This document shows positions 13,601 to 22,881 of a DNA stretch of 64,000 nt, piece by piece. Location: assembly GCA_965140785.1 (NCBI GenBank), contig OZ223510.1, positions 1 through 64,000 of the forward strand, written 5' to 3'. Position 1 is the stretch's first letter. Every line of letters begins with the position of its first letter. This DNA is from an uncultured Ruficoccus sp. Its GTDB lineage: Bacteria; Verrucomicrobiota; Verrucomicrobiia; Opitutales; Cerasicoccaceae. The position numbers and the translations under genes are program-made. The notes under the pieces are model-generated. The model saw nothing but the letters and a program-made list of their open reading frames with translations, made no database searches and had not been told where the DNA came from.

Positions 13601-14140
13601 ACGCTCTCGCTCTTGGGTGGGGCGGGGGTCGATGTCTCGGCGCTCGGCACGGTGTATGCCGCAGACGGTTCCACCCGGGGGGTTGCCGTGGAAAATTCCG
13701 TCGTGAACCTGACGATACCGGCCAAGGGCGAGGTTGTCCTGGCTCTGCCTTCGCGAATTGCGGTGCCCGAGCAAGAGTATGATCAGTTGCCCCCGGTTCG
13801 TGACGGTTTTATGCAGGTGTCGCTGGGGAAGCCTTGGGGCACACTGTATGCCTTTCGCATTCGTTCACCTTTCGGCGTGGACTCGCTCTACGTCTATACC
13901 AGCAACTATGTCGGGGAGGGCGCGAGTGTGACCTTGCTCCTGAGCGATCCGATCGGGTTGGAAGAGGCCCGGGGTGAGTTTCCCTATGAGTTTAGTCTTT
14001 ACCCGATCGATCCTGCCAGGCCCATCCGCTTTGAGCTGGAACTGACGCTACCGGATGCTGAATCGACGGTGGTCGGCCCGTTTGAGCTGCCGGGCGCTAG
14101 CCACCCGGTGCCCGTGGATATTTCTCAGCCCGATCTATAA
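10685..14140 (+). CDS. Large secreted protein of unknown function (about 1150 aa), paralog A
   Basis: Signal peptide (MFTRSIYLLGVGLAAL...CFA), N-terminal VEAEDF CBM-like module, aromatic-rich helical core (YWWDLLDLYEVTGDEKYL, GRFTNYPGYY); colinear similarity to 15308..18742. Confidence 0.8.
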   Translation: MFTRSIYLLGVGLAALIPLQQSCFAAQETFLVEAEDFEFLGDWIPGWNDGQTVLGVVSHERAHPQDALTVVELPEAGEYTVWTSSRDYANDKPGSRRYQVQVNQTPMEHESGTHGGEGVAWERVGQVELEKGENVLAIHDTTNFYARCDAVLLTRDSSYDPNDDLRVRRYRIMPKQMGGGLGDGAVVPAEAAVDGSWQVAATLENDTNRIRFLQGLDTAGKPRVIRQVDLWTDSGFSGEQLNAVGEILTLIEAGEDPLISFGRIIPYWRGRGSVLEIGGKSYEVVGGKNFSDPFRAGKATALVARAVTDVAGQSVTLLYEGPDGTAVTGVWRLQSESNTAEVTLSYVPKQAGYYSLALSAFNAHAREAVANVQLPPLYQFQRLPDGPTLVTSTLTPMPAAIVEYAGESPLTAFVAGDPNSFPLEWGTGMDSVYGFSLLNAASEVQPTIFAPVLGTERSYFAADDELSVSFVLGAAPTDWQAVFELISAELYAFSDYREQYVGSLTDAVFNIIELLADDDAVGWDPTQKGFYDIEGDPHISPVVVQASPLAVLSAAVLTEDEDLYVERALPGIEYTLSRLGFRYSGKPGSPHFNKDSDEQFVPFSLEFNTAYYQGLDALLAGKNPWIAEAVLPEDGKLRRTAGYAVPLPTWTQYLAAERLKPGQGYLAKAVAGADAYIARKITAPQEEPMGVRHFYNANFYPYWWDLLDLYEVTGDEKYLEVAEDMAYQTMAGIRIFPVVQDESMTIHPGGDFKGDSVLLWKGQERFRLGFPTQAGDFPERTVSQAQVSPVGLGLEQPTTLFGAEKPNRQIMMTAWTPSLLRLYQYTGNELLVPYARNGIIGRFTNYPGYYLGGFTDIAQQPDYPYVGPDVTSIYFHHIPPHLAFAMDFLVTEAVERSGGNISFPWARQEGFVWFDNRVYGMGEGSIFGEKARLFLNSNILALNNRQVNYLTAKSPGMLWVILLNEDAEAVDCTLSLLGGAGVDVSALGTVYAADGSTRGVAVENSVVNLTIPAKGEVVLALPSRIAVPEQEYDQLPPVRDGFMQVSLGKPWGTLYAFRIRSPFGVDSLYVYTSNYVGEGASVTLLLSDPIGLEEARGEFPYEFSLYPIDPARPIRFELELTLPDAESTVVGPFELPGASHPVPVDISQPDL

Positions 14141-14150
14141 AAATGAGTTG

Positions 14151-14184
14151 ACTAAAATAACCATAAAATTTATCAAATAAAAAA
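14151..14184. promoter_or_regulatory. Locus-1 operator candidate ACTAAAAT-N8-AATTTATC
   Basis: Upstream of the PEP-CTERM gene; matches the site at 10589. Confidence 0.65.
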
Positions 14185-14231
14185 CATAAACACAGTTTTC
14201 TCTCTCAGAACCCAACGAACCAACCTTACCC

Positions 14232-15095
14232 ATGATGAATACCACCCTCAGCACACTCGTGGCTGGCGTTATCGCCCTGGCCTCCACCTCCGCTTTTGCC
14301 GTCGATATCTATACCAACGATTTCAGCGGTGCATCACCGCTGGCCGACTGGGTACTGTCCCAGCCGGCAGGGTCGGATATTGAGATTTCCAATTCCGAGG
14401 GTAATCCGCTGCCGAGCCTGCGTCTGAGTGATACCGACAACACAGCTTATGCTTCTGGCCGGTACACGATCTCCGACATCAGTTCTCAGGCCCCGGGTAA
14501 TACGCTGAACTATTCCTTCGATTGGAATATTACCTCCTTTGCCACTGCTTTGGCGAACACAGCCGCTAATCCGCGGATGGTTCTACAGGTCAATGACACC
14601 GACTTCCTTTCTCTGGGTTTTGGCCGCCGAGGCGGTTACCCGCAGGGAACCTGTTTGTTCTTTTACGTATCTGACAGCTCCGGGGCTGTGATCCCGACGG
14701 TGACGGACACAAATGCCGCCGCGATTGGCTATACCTCCGGCAGTGGATGGGCAGATGGCTCTTTCTTTGGAAACTACAATTCGGAGGATGCCTCGGCCAA
14801 CTCGACCGACGGTTGGATTCACTTTGAGCTTAGCTATGTCTCTGGAGATGACACCGTCTATGGGACGATGATTAATGGCGAAAACACGATTACCTTCTCC
14901 TGGGCGGTGGACGCAACCACGCTCGAGAGCATGGACGAATTCACTATCCTTGTTGAGTCTGGAAGCAGCTCTCAATCAGACTTCTACATCGATAATATGG
15001 ATGTCTCGGTCATCCCTGAGCCTTCTCAGTCCGCGCTGGGACTGCTGGGTGGTCTGTTGATTGTTTTTTGCGTGTATCGTAAAGTACGGCGCTAG
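14232..15095 (+). CDS. PEP-CTERM surface protein
   Basis: Signal peptide ending AFA; S/T/D/N-rich beta domain; C-terminus IPEPSQSALGLLGGLLIVFCVYRKVRR (PEP, TM helix, basic tail). Confidence 0.92.
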   Translation: MMNTTLSTLVAGVIALASTSAFAVDIYTNDFSGASPLADWVLSQPAGSDIEISNSEGNPLPSLRLSDTDNTAYASGRYTISDISSQAPGNTLNYSFDWNITSFATALANTAANPRMVLQVNDTDFLSLGFGRRGGYPQGTCLFFYVSDSSGAVIPTVTDTNAAAIGYTSGSGWADGSFFGNYNSEDASANSTDGWIHFELSYVSGDDTVYGTMINGENTITFSWAVDATTLESMDEFTILVESGSSSQSDFYIDNMDVSVIPEPSQSALGLLGGLLIVFCVYRKVRR

Positions 15096-15307
15096 TTTCC
15101 TTTTTGTAGTGAGCGGATACGGCAACGCTTTCGGTCGCGTATTCGCTCACCCCCTTTCATGTTTTCACTCGCCGGGGCGTTGCCCCGGAAGCGCTTGGCT
15201 GTGCCCGTATGCAGGCACCGGAGCTTCTTGTTGTGAGTGTCTGGGCGGCTGTTCGTCGGGCCCTTTCGGTTAACCCTGTGTGTCTTTGCTGCTTAATATT
15301 TATAAAG

Positions 15308-18300
15308 ATGAAATTTTCCGCTTTCTGCTTGTCGTGTTTATGCTGCGCTCTGTCTGCCTTTAGCCTGTCCGTATTGGCCGCTGAGACACCTCCCCGGGTA
15401 GAGGACACGTTTCTGGTCCGGGCGGTGGATTTCCAGTTTCACGGTGGATGGCAACCGAGTGTGACGCGGGGCGGTTCGCCGCTGGCCGTTCGCGAAAGCG
15501 GCCCGGGCACAGAAAACGCAGAAGCCAACACGGTAATCGATCTTCCGCAGGGTGGAGAATTTCGGATATGGACGCGTTCTATCGATTACAAAACCGATCC
15601 AGGGGCACGCCGTTACCAGGTGCTGATCGATGGCCGAAAGCTCGCCTCTGAGTCGAATACGACCGGTAGGCTTGGCTGGCACTGGGAGAAGGTAGATACG
15701 CTCAAGCTGGACACTGGCCAGCACGTATTGAGTTTGTATGACAGTGGCAGGTATTACGCGCGCTGCGACGCGGTGTTGTTTACAAAAGGGGATTTCGACC
15801 CCAATACGGTTGAGATGAGTGACCTGGCTCCGTTTACGCTCAAGCCTGTTGAGGTGGAAGTGGCATTGAGCGAGGAGTCCGAGCCGGAGACAGTGAACGT
15901 CGATCCCAATGTCGAGAAGCACCTGGGCGCGACTTTGGCAGGACCTGAACTGCGCGTCCACTTCTACGAATCGAAGGACGAGCAGGGGAGGCCGGTCATC
16001 CTGCGCCAGAGCCAAATGAATTCAAGGGACGAGGCATCTGCACTGGAGGTGCGCTCGAACGCCGAGCCACTGTATCTGCTGTACTCGCCGGATCTGAATA
16101 TCAATACCTCCACCTACTTTCCCTCGTGGGACAGCCCGTATAACCGGACGAGCTTCGAGCTCAACGGGCGGGAGTACACGCAGGCGGGTGCGCCGCGAAA
16201 TCCGTTTCTGGCCGGTCAGTCGAAAATGTTTGTGCCGCGTGAAGTCGAGATAGCTTCGGCTGACACAGTGACCCTGCGCTACGAATCCCCGGAGGGGCAG
16301 TGGGCGCGCGTCACCTGGTCGCTGGGTAAAGGGGATTGGGATATTCGCATGGAGGTCGAGTATCAGGTGCCGCGTGAGGGTTACTATTCGTGGTGTTTCG
16401 CGCCATTTAAGGGTTGGGAGCGAGGGCAAACGCAGGAGGTCTTGCTCTCTCCGATGTATCAGTTCCGGCGCATTCCCGACGAGCCGCTGATGGTTACCTC
16501 CGCGGAAACGCCGCACCCCTCCGCCATGGTGGAGGTACTGCCCGAGGGAGCTAGCAGCCCCGTTTCTTTTGCGGTGACGGCTGAACCGGAAAACCTCGCC
16601 TTCACTTGGCCGCAGGCTCAGAACGCCCGGTACGGCTTCACCCTGCTGAACCCGCAGGGTGAAGTTCAACCCGTGGTTTTCGCCCCCGTGCTCGGACTGG
16701 AGGGTTCTAGGCTTGAGGCCGGGCAGAACTTGAAAAGCCGCTTGCGGGTGATCATACGCCCGGGCTCGTTACACGAGATGCTGACCTACATCAGTGATGA
16801 GGTCATGGGGGTGACGGACTACCGCGAGCCTTACGAGTCCTCGCTGACGGACGCCGTACTGGAGATGATCCGCCTGATTAAGGATGACGTCCACAGCGGG
16901 TGGGACCCGAAACTGAAGGGCTTTTATAACATCGAAATTCCGGGCGGTGTCAGTCAGGGCTCGCCCTTGATGTTGCTGTCGGTCGCAAATCTCACGCGAG
17001 ATGAGCACTTTTATCAAACACGGGCGCTGCCCACGATCGAGTACTTGTTGACGCGCCCCTCACTGCACTTCGCCACGCGGATGATTGGGAGTAAAGAGTA
17101 TGCCATGACGCCGGATAAAATTGTGCTGACAGTTCCTAACAAGAGTTTCGGCACGGATGTCTGGGAAGGCGTTGATCGGCTTACCGCAAGGCTCAATCCC
17201 TGGGTGCAGCCGCTGGCGTTTGATGAGGGCAAGCCACGACTGATCAAGCACCCACATTATCCGGATTTCTCGCAGTACTTGTGGGCGAGCCGTCTCGATC
17301 CCCAGCACTACTCGATGGAGGATGCGACCGTCCGGGCTGACCGCTTCGTGGCCGCCAAGGTTGATCGCTTGCCGACGCGGCCTTTCTCGATCGATCCGCA
17401 CTACAATGTCGCCTTTCATCCGCATTGGTGGGAACTGCTCGACCTGTACGATGTGACCGGCGAGGAGCGTTACCTTGAGGCGGCTGAGGAAATCGGCTAC
17501 CAGACCGTCGCCGGGATGTGGTCGTTTCCCATGCCGCCGGTGGGCGACGTCCTCATCCACCCGGACGGGCAATTTACGGGAGTGGCGTCGGTCATTCATA
17601 ATTGGTACGGTTGGAGCCGGTACACAACGGGCTATCCCCGCACGGCCAATGACACACCGGCGCACGAAGTCCCGGCCTGGCTGGTCTCGCCGGTTGGTCT
17701 GGGGTTTGAGCAGCCTTCCACCTACTACCGGTCTAGTGGGGGCATGATGATGACGATGATGACCTCGTGGGCAGGCCATCTTGAGCGTCTGGCCGACCGT
17801 ACCGGCAAAGATATATTTCGCACTTACGCTCGCAACGCCATCATCGGTCGCTGGGCCAACTGGCCCGGCTATTATATCGACGGTTTTACGGATCTTTTTC
17901 ACGACCCGGAGTATCCCTACAACGGGCCGGATGTCGGCCGGTTTTACTTCCACCATATTCCTGTGCAGTTGGCGCTGACTCTTGATTTTCTGGTGGCCGA
18001 GATGGAAAACCGATCTGAGCACCAAATATCCATCCCGTGGGTCAAGCAGCAGGGGTATGCCCAGTTTACAAACCGTATCTACGGGGATGCTCCGGGTACC
18101 TTCTATGGTGAACATCAGGCGAACCTGTGGTTGGACCCCGACTTGGTGGAAATCGATACGCCCGCTGTGAATTACCTGACAGCACGGGGAAGGGACCAGT
18201 TTTGGGTCATTCTGATGAATGAAACGAGCGAACCGGTAAGCATCCATGTATCGATAAACCATGACAAGGCCGGGACACATCCAGACTCTCCCTGGCTGCG

Positions 18301-18742
18301 CTATATCGGCGGCGCTGAACCCCGACTGATGCGCTCACCTCTGGAAGATGCGCCGGTCACCCTGCCGGCGAAGGGGCTGGTGGCGCTTGCGGTCGAGGCC
18401 AAAGCGTTGCCGGAGCCCGTGCCGTTGTCGGCGGTAGAGGAGGGGCACGTCGTCCAGATGTTGCCCGATCCCTGGGGCGAGGTGCATGCCTTCCGCATTC
18501 GCTCGGAGTTTGGAAAAGATGCCCTCTATGTCGTAGCAATGGGGCACCCGGAGGTTGGAGCCCGGGCACGTATCGACATCCAAGACGGTGATTGGACACG
18601 TCGTGAGAGCGACGAGTACCCTTATGAGATGACGGTTTATCCCTGGCCGGTGGACCGGGATATGCGTTTCACATTTGTGGGCACAGACGCAGACGGGACG
18701 GAGGTCAGCAGCGAAGAGTTCGTCCTGCCAGGAACGAGATAA
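15308..18742 (+). CDS. Large secreted protein of unknown function (about 1145 aa), paralog B
   Basis: Signal peptide MKFSAFCLSCLCCALSAFSLSVLA; shares ARCDAVL, GEVQP.FAPVLG, DYRE.Y.SLTDAV, VSPVGLG.EQP.T, GPDV...YFHHIP and AFRIRS.FG.D with paralog A. Confidence 0.8.
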   Translation: MKFSAFCLSCLCCALSAFSLSVLAAETPPRVEDTFLVRAVDFQFHGGWQPSVTRGGSPLAVRESGPGTENAEANTVIDLPQGGEFRIWTRSIDYKTDPGARRYQVLIDGRKLASESNTTGRLGWHWEKVDTLKLDTGQHVLSLYDSGRYYARCDAVLFTKGDFDPNTVEMSDLAPFTLKPVEVEVALSEESEPETVNVDPNVEKHLGATLAGPELRVHFYESKDEQGRPVILRQSQMNSRDEASALEVRSNAEPLYLLYSPDLNINTSTYFPSWDSPYNRTSFELNGREYTQAGAPRNPFLAGQSKMFVPREVEIASADTVTLRYESPEGQWARVTWSLGKGDWDIRMEVEYQVPREGYYSWCFAPFKGWERGQTQEVLLSPMYQFRRIPDEPLMVTSAETPHPSAMVEVLPEGASSPVSFAVTAEPENLAFTWPQAQNARYGFTLLNPQGEVQPVVFAPVLGLEGSRLEAGQNLKSRLRVIIRPGSLHEMLTYISDEVMGVTDYREPYESSLTDAVLEMIRLIKDDVHSGWDPKLKGFYNIEIPGGVSQGSPLMLLSVANLTRDEHFYQTRALPTIEYLLTRPSLHFATRMIGSKEYAMTPDKIVLTVPNKSFGTDVWEGVDRLTARLNPWVQPLAFDEGKPRLIKHPHYPDFSQYLWASRLDPQHYSMEDATVRADRFVAAKVDRLPTRPFSIDPHYNVAFHPHWWELLDLYDVTGEERYLEAAEEIGYQTVAGMWSFPMPPVGDVLIHPDGQFTGVASVIHNWYGWSRYTTGYPRTANDTPAHEVPAWLVSPVGLGFEQPSTYYRSSGGMMMTMMTSWAGHLERLADRTGKDIFRTYARNAIIGRWANWPGYYIDGFTDLFHDPEYPYNGPDVGRFYFHHIPVQLALTLDFLVAEMENRSEHQISIPWVKQQGYAQFTNRIYGDAPGTFYGEHQANLWLDPDLVEIDTPAVNYLTARGRDQFWVILMNETSEPVSIHVSINHDKAGTHPDSPWLRYIGGAEPRLMRSPLEDAPVTLPAKGLVALAVEAKALPEPVPLSAVEEGHVVQMLPDPWGEVHAFRIRSEFGKDALYVVAMGHPEVGARARIDIQDGDWTRRESDEYPYEMTVYPWPVDRDMRFTFVGTDADGTEVSSEEFVLPGTR

Positions 18743-18979
18743 TCTCTGGGGTTAGTGCTGTAGCGCCGATGGGCTAAACCTGTTATTTCGGGGGGGACTC
18801 ATTATCCCTGCTGTCGTCGTTTTGTGCGTGATAGGAGAGGGGGGACCCTTACTCCAGTGGTTGCAGGCTATTTCGTTACTGGGCTTTGGGCAGTTCGAGT
18901 TGCTCCCCACGTTTCAGCCTCAAAGCATCAGAACAGGTTCACCCAATGATGCCGGAAATCGAATATTACCCCCAATTGG

Positions 18980-19684
18980 CTAGGGAGTGGTGAATCCGCT
19001 GAGGAGGATGTCGCTTTCCCTTTCCGGGATATCCTCGGGAGACAGCGAGTCCGTATGTCCGTCCAGAAAGACGACGTTGAATTTGCCGTTACTGTCGAAA
19101 GTGATCCGATTATAGCTCAGCGCGCTGCTTTTTCCCGCATCGGAAAAGATGATCGTTTTGGCTGGATTCTCCAATTGCTGGTACTTGCGATAGTCTGTGC
19201 CGTAGTGCTGCAACGAGTAGGTCTTGATGATGTTGTTCAGAGCGTAGGAACGATCCGTCATATCATTCATGTCGAGAAAAGGTGAGCAGAAGATCGTGCC
19301 TTCCTGAAGCGGGCCAAAGCCGGGCCACGGGATGTCCTCGTTGCCTACGACGTAGGGCCAGAGGAATTCGCCCCAGCCGAGGTTTGTGCCCGTTTTTGTG
19401 CCCGGATCGTACGGGTCGAAGGCGGGAGGGTAATTCCCTGAATGTTCGTTGGCGTAGAGGAGCGCCGCGTTGTTGATTTGCCGCAGGTTGGACAGGGAAG
19501 TGGTCATCCGGGTCTGGTCGATGCCACGCTGAATGACAGTGTAGATAATGGATGCCAGCACACCGATCACGGCAATCGTGACGAGCAACTCAATGAGGCT
19601 GAATCCCGGCTGCAGACGGGTTTGGGAAGGGTAAACTGCGTGCGTTTGGCTAGCGCGAAAGCAAATCTGGGACCGTTCGTCCAT
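18980..19684 (-). CDS. Prepilin-type N-terminal cleavage/methylation protein with C-terminal X9-DGH motif (PVC expanded family)
   Basis: G|FSLIELLVTIAVIGVLASI, SLSNLRQI, LLYANEHSGNYP, SYALN, KFNVVFLDGH. Confidence 0.9.
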   Translation of the reverse strand: MDERSQICFRASQTHAVYPSQTRLQPGFSLIELLVTIAVIGVLASIIYTVIQRGIDQTRMTTSLSNLRQINNAALLYANEHSGNYPPAFDPYDPGTKTGTNLGWGEFLWPYVVGNEDIPWPGFGPLQEGTIFCSPFLDMNDMTDRSYALNNIIKTYSLQHYGTDYRKYQQLENPAKTIIFSDAGKSSALSYNRITFDSNGKFNVVFLDGHTDSLSPEDIPERESDILLSGFTTP

Positions 19685-19811
19685 GTCTGTTATTTGTACG
19701 GGGCAATTTGGGGTGAGGGTAAGTCCAATTCAAAGGATACTGCAACGGGGATAATGTGAAGTAGTTTTTTCAAAGTATATACGGCTATTAAAAAAATAAA
19801 GTATAAAAAAT

Positions 19812-19835
19812 ACTAAAATTATTAAACATTTTAGT
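19812..19835. promoter_or_regulatory. Locus-1 operator candidate, perfect ACTAAAAT-N8-ATTTTAGT
   Basis: Perfect spaced palindrome in the AT-rich divergent region between the prepilin-like and SGNH genes. Confidence 0.7.
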
Positions 19836-19871
19836 TCCAAGGTCGTGATTGTCTAGGCGCACACCTTCCGG

Positions 19872-21230
19872 TTGAATAGCTCCGTGCAGGTTGAAATTCC
19901 ATCCATTATTGCGTCAAATTTTGAGATCAGACTGTCAGCGTTTAGCTTCGCAGGCGTTGATTTTCCCGCAACGAGTATCGAGGCGTTGCCCGATCGTGTG
20001 CAGTATCTGGTCATGAACTTGAAGTCGCGGCGGCTGCATACGCTCGCCCGGATCATGGGAGAGGCGTCGCTCGTGCTGGCGCGTGTCGAAACTGATACGG
20101 AGGGGGTTGTGGATGTCATTCCCTGCCCGTTGTCCCGACCGCGGACACGGATACCCGAGGCGGCGAAAAAAATCCGCAGCGGGCAGGCTGTGCGTGTTAA
20201 TGCCTACGGGACGTCGCTGGTGGAGAACGGAGCGGGGACGGACGGGTGGCTGCGTTTGCTGTTTGACACGGGCGAGGAGGATACCGGGCTTCGGGTGGCG
20301 GGAGATGTGCGACTGGTTTGCCATGCCGTTGGCGGGACCAACGCGCATTATACAGTAGCCCTTTTGGGGCGTACCCGTGCTGAGGCTAAGGAGGCATCCT
20401 CACGGCGTCACGCCTGCGATCTGGTGATCGTCGGACTCCTTCCCAACGGCGGAGACAATCGGCTGGAGCTTTTCGAATCGGTGGTTCGCAAGTTTCGGGG
20501 GCAGGGGCTTGAGGTTGTGCTGCTGACGGACAATGCACATCGGGGTGAAGGTCGTGGCGATACGCTCTGGGCCGACGGCGAGTTTGTTGGTGCGATGGCG
20601 GAGCGTTACGGTTGTGCCTTGGCGGACACCGCGGCGTATATGGAGGAGGCCGAACAGCGGGGGGGGGCCGTATACGCGGACACTATTCACCAAAGTCCGC
20701 TTGGGCATCGTGCTTGGGCGGAAGCCGTGTCCGCGGTCATCGCACCTTGCGTGGATGAGGAGGCGCAAGGGGGCCTGCCCGGCTGCGAGGCGGCGGCGAT
20801 GGCTTCTATTTGCCGGTCCGAACTGACGGATGTCGAGGCTCTTGTGGACTTCGAGCCGGTGTGTTTGGGAGCGAAACCGGTTCGAGGTGTCCCGGAGAAC
20901 CGTATCGCTCGACTTTTTATGGGCGGGGATGGTAACAGCCAGGACTTGGAGCCCGGTGGAACACTGATCATCCCCAGTGAGGGCGCGGTGGATATTATCT
21001 TCGATGCCTCGCGTAGTTTCACCGGCGAAATTCAGGAGCAGGGTGGGGGCGAGGTCCTGAAATGTATCGAGTATGCAGCTCCTGCCGGTTCGCCTGAGTG
21101 GTCCGTCCGTCCGGTGGCACGCACAGTGGTAAGCCTCGAAGAAGCAACCGCTGCTCGGGCGCCTTACACGTTGAAGGTGGTGGGCGGGACGCTGCGGCTG
21201 TACGGGGTCTCATACCTGCGGAGAGCCTGA
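19872..21230 (+). CDS. SGNH/GDSL-type hydrolase (esterase); start uncertain
   Basis: Block motifs AYGTSL, AVGGTNA, LLPNG and ADTIHQSPLGH. Confidence 0.7.
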   Translation: MNSSVQVEIPSIIASNFEIRLSAFSFAGVDFPATSIEALPDRVQYLVMNLKSRRLHTLARIMGEASLVLARVETDTEGVVDVIPCPLSRPRTRIPEAAKKIRSGQAVRVNAYGTSLVENGAGTDGWLRLLFDTGEEDTGLRVAGDVRLVCHAVGGTNAHYTVALLGRTRAEAKEASSRRHACDLVIVGLLPNGGDNRLELFESVVRKFRGQGLEVVLLTDNAHRGEGRGDTLWADGEFVGAMAERYGCALADTAAYMEEAEQRGGAVYADTIHQSPLGHRAWAEAVSAVIAPCVDEEAQGGLPGCEAAAMASICRSELTDVEALVDFEPVCLGAKPVRGVPENRIARLFMGGDGNSQDLEPGGTLIIPSEGAVDIIFDASRSFTGEIQEQGGGEVLKCIEYAAPAGSPEWSVRPVARTVVSLEEATAARAPYTLKVVGGTLRLYGVSYLRRA

Positions 21231-21303
21231 GGCCTGTACGATGGTCTGAGAATCTCGCCCGCCTCTAACGCCTACCTGCATTGACGCAAGAGGAGTCTAT
21301 GCT

Positions 21304-21318
21304 GCGAAAGTGCTCTAG
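21304..21318. repeat. Solitary MITE end GCGAAAGTGCTCTAG
   Basis: 15 bp identical to 6195-6209, same orientation. Confidence 0.55.
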
Positions 21319-21374
21319 GCGGTCGGGGTGAACTTTTTAAAAAGGACGGCGTGGGAGCACTCGTGTGGTAAGCC

Positions 21375-22874
21375 TCAGTGGGCTCGCGAGACTTTGTCCC
21401 ACTCGGCGGCTTCTTTTTTGTCGTCGGAGACGGGGGTAGCGTTCCACCCGCCGCCGACAGCCTTGTAGAGGGCGATGATGCTTTTGAGCGAATCGGTACG
21501 GCTGGCGATCAGGCTGCTCTGCTGATCGTAAAGCGAACGCTCGGTGTCGAGCACGTTGTTGTAATTGGTCAGGCCGGTGTCGTACTGCGTGTTGACCAGG
21601 TCCACGGCGGATTCGGTAGCCTTGGTGGCTTCGTCCAGGCTCTCGCTGCGCAGCGTGTATTGGTTATAGGAGACGAGCGCGTTCTCGACTTCCTCGAGCG
21701 CCTCCAGCACAGTCTGGCGGTAGTTAAGAAGCGCCTGTTGCTGTTGCTCCTCCTTGATGTCGATGTTGTCGAGGGTGCGGCCGGCGGTGAAGATGTTCCA
21801 GTGGATAGGCGCGCCCAGGGACCACATCAGGCTGGAGGAGTCGAAAAGGTCGCTGGCCGAGCGGGACTCCAGGCCGATGGTGCCCTTGATGGCGAAGCGC
21901 GGATAAAGCTCGGCGGTGGTAGCCCCGATCATGGCAGTGGCGGCGGCCAACTCGCGTTCGGCCTGGCGAACATCGGGACGCTGGCGGAGCAGGTCCGCGG
22001 GCACTCCGGTGGAAATGTCCATGCTGGGGACGGGCAGCTTAGCCTCGCCGGAGAGCTCGTCCTGAAGGGTGCCGGGATCTTTCCCGCAGAGGACGGCGAG
22101 GCGGTTGTAGGCCTGGTTCAACCGGATCTGAAAGAGGGGGATGGCGGCCTTGGTGGTGTTCAGGATCGACTTGGCTTGTTCGACGTCGAGCTGGGAGGTG
22201 AGGCCGTCGTTGAAGCGTTCCTCGGAGAGGTCGAGCGACTGGGTCTGGATGCCGATATTGGACTCGGCATTGGTAATGTGGACCTGGCAGGAGCGGATCT
22301 CCAGGTAGGTGAGGGCGACCTCGGCGTAGAGCGAGACCAGTACGTCGCGGTAGGACTCGATGGAGGCCTCGAAGCGTGCGCTCTCAGCCTCGACCTGACG
22401 CTGGATGCGGCCAAAGACGTCGATTTCCCAGGCCGCGTCGAGGCCGAAGGCCATCATGCTCTGGGAGTGAAAGCCGTTGGAGGGGGCCATCTGGCTGAAG
22501 GCGCCGTTGTCGCTGAGCTTCGTGGTGGTGGTCTGGCCGAAGAGGGAAACCTCCGGTAGGTTTTTGCCGCCCATGTAGGCGAGCCGGGCGCGCGCCTCCC
22601 GCACATTGGCCAGCGCGGACTGCAGGGTGAGGTTGGACTCGCGCGCCTCCTCGATCAGGTCGTTGAGCACCGGGTCGTTAAAGATTTCCCACCACGTCTG
22701 GATGGGCGCTGTGGGCTCGCCGGCACCGTCTCCGACGATGGCTTCATGCCAGGCGTCCGGGGTGCTGATGTCGGGCTGCTCGTAGTCCGGGCCGACCGCG
22801 CAGCCGCCCCAGAGGGCTGCGAGCAGCACAAGCGCGTAGAATGGCCAGGATGGCTTCATGTTCTCAACCGGCAT
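21375..22874 (-). CDS. Efflux outer-membrane lipoprotein, NodT/OprM family
   Basis: Lipobox WGGC-AVGPDY, AWEIDVFGR, PADLLRQRPDVRQAER, LYKAVGGGW. Confidence 0.93.
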   Translation of the reverse strand: MPVENMKPSWPFYALVLLAALWGGCAVGPDYEQPDISTPDAWHEAIVGDGAGEPTAPIQTWWEIFNDPVLNDLIEEARESNLTLQSALANVREARARLAYMGGKNLPEVSLFGQTTTTKLSDNGAFSQMAPSNGFHSQSMMAFGLDAAWEIDVFGRIQRQVEAESARFEASIESYRDVLVSLYAEVALTYLEIRSCQVHITNAESNIGIQTQSLDLSEERFNDGLTSQLDVEQAKSILNTTKAAIPLFQIRLNQAYNRLAVLCGKDPGTLQDELSGEAKLPVPSMDISTGVPADLLRQRPDVRQAERELAAATAMIGATTAELYPRFAIKGTIGLESRSASDLFDSSSLMWSLGAPIHWNIFTAGRTLDNIDIKEEQQQQALLNYRQTVLEALEEVENALVSYNQYTLRSESLDEATKATESAVDLVNTQYDTGLTNYNNVLDTERSLYDQQSSLIASRTDSLKSIIALYKAVGGGWNATPVSDDKKEAAEWDKVSRAH

Positions 22875-22881
22875 GGCTCAA

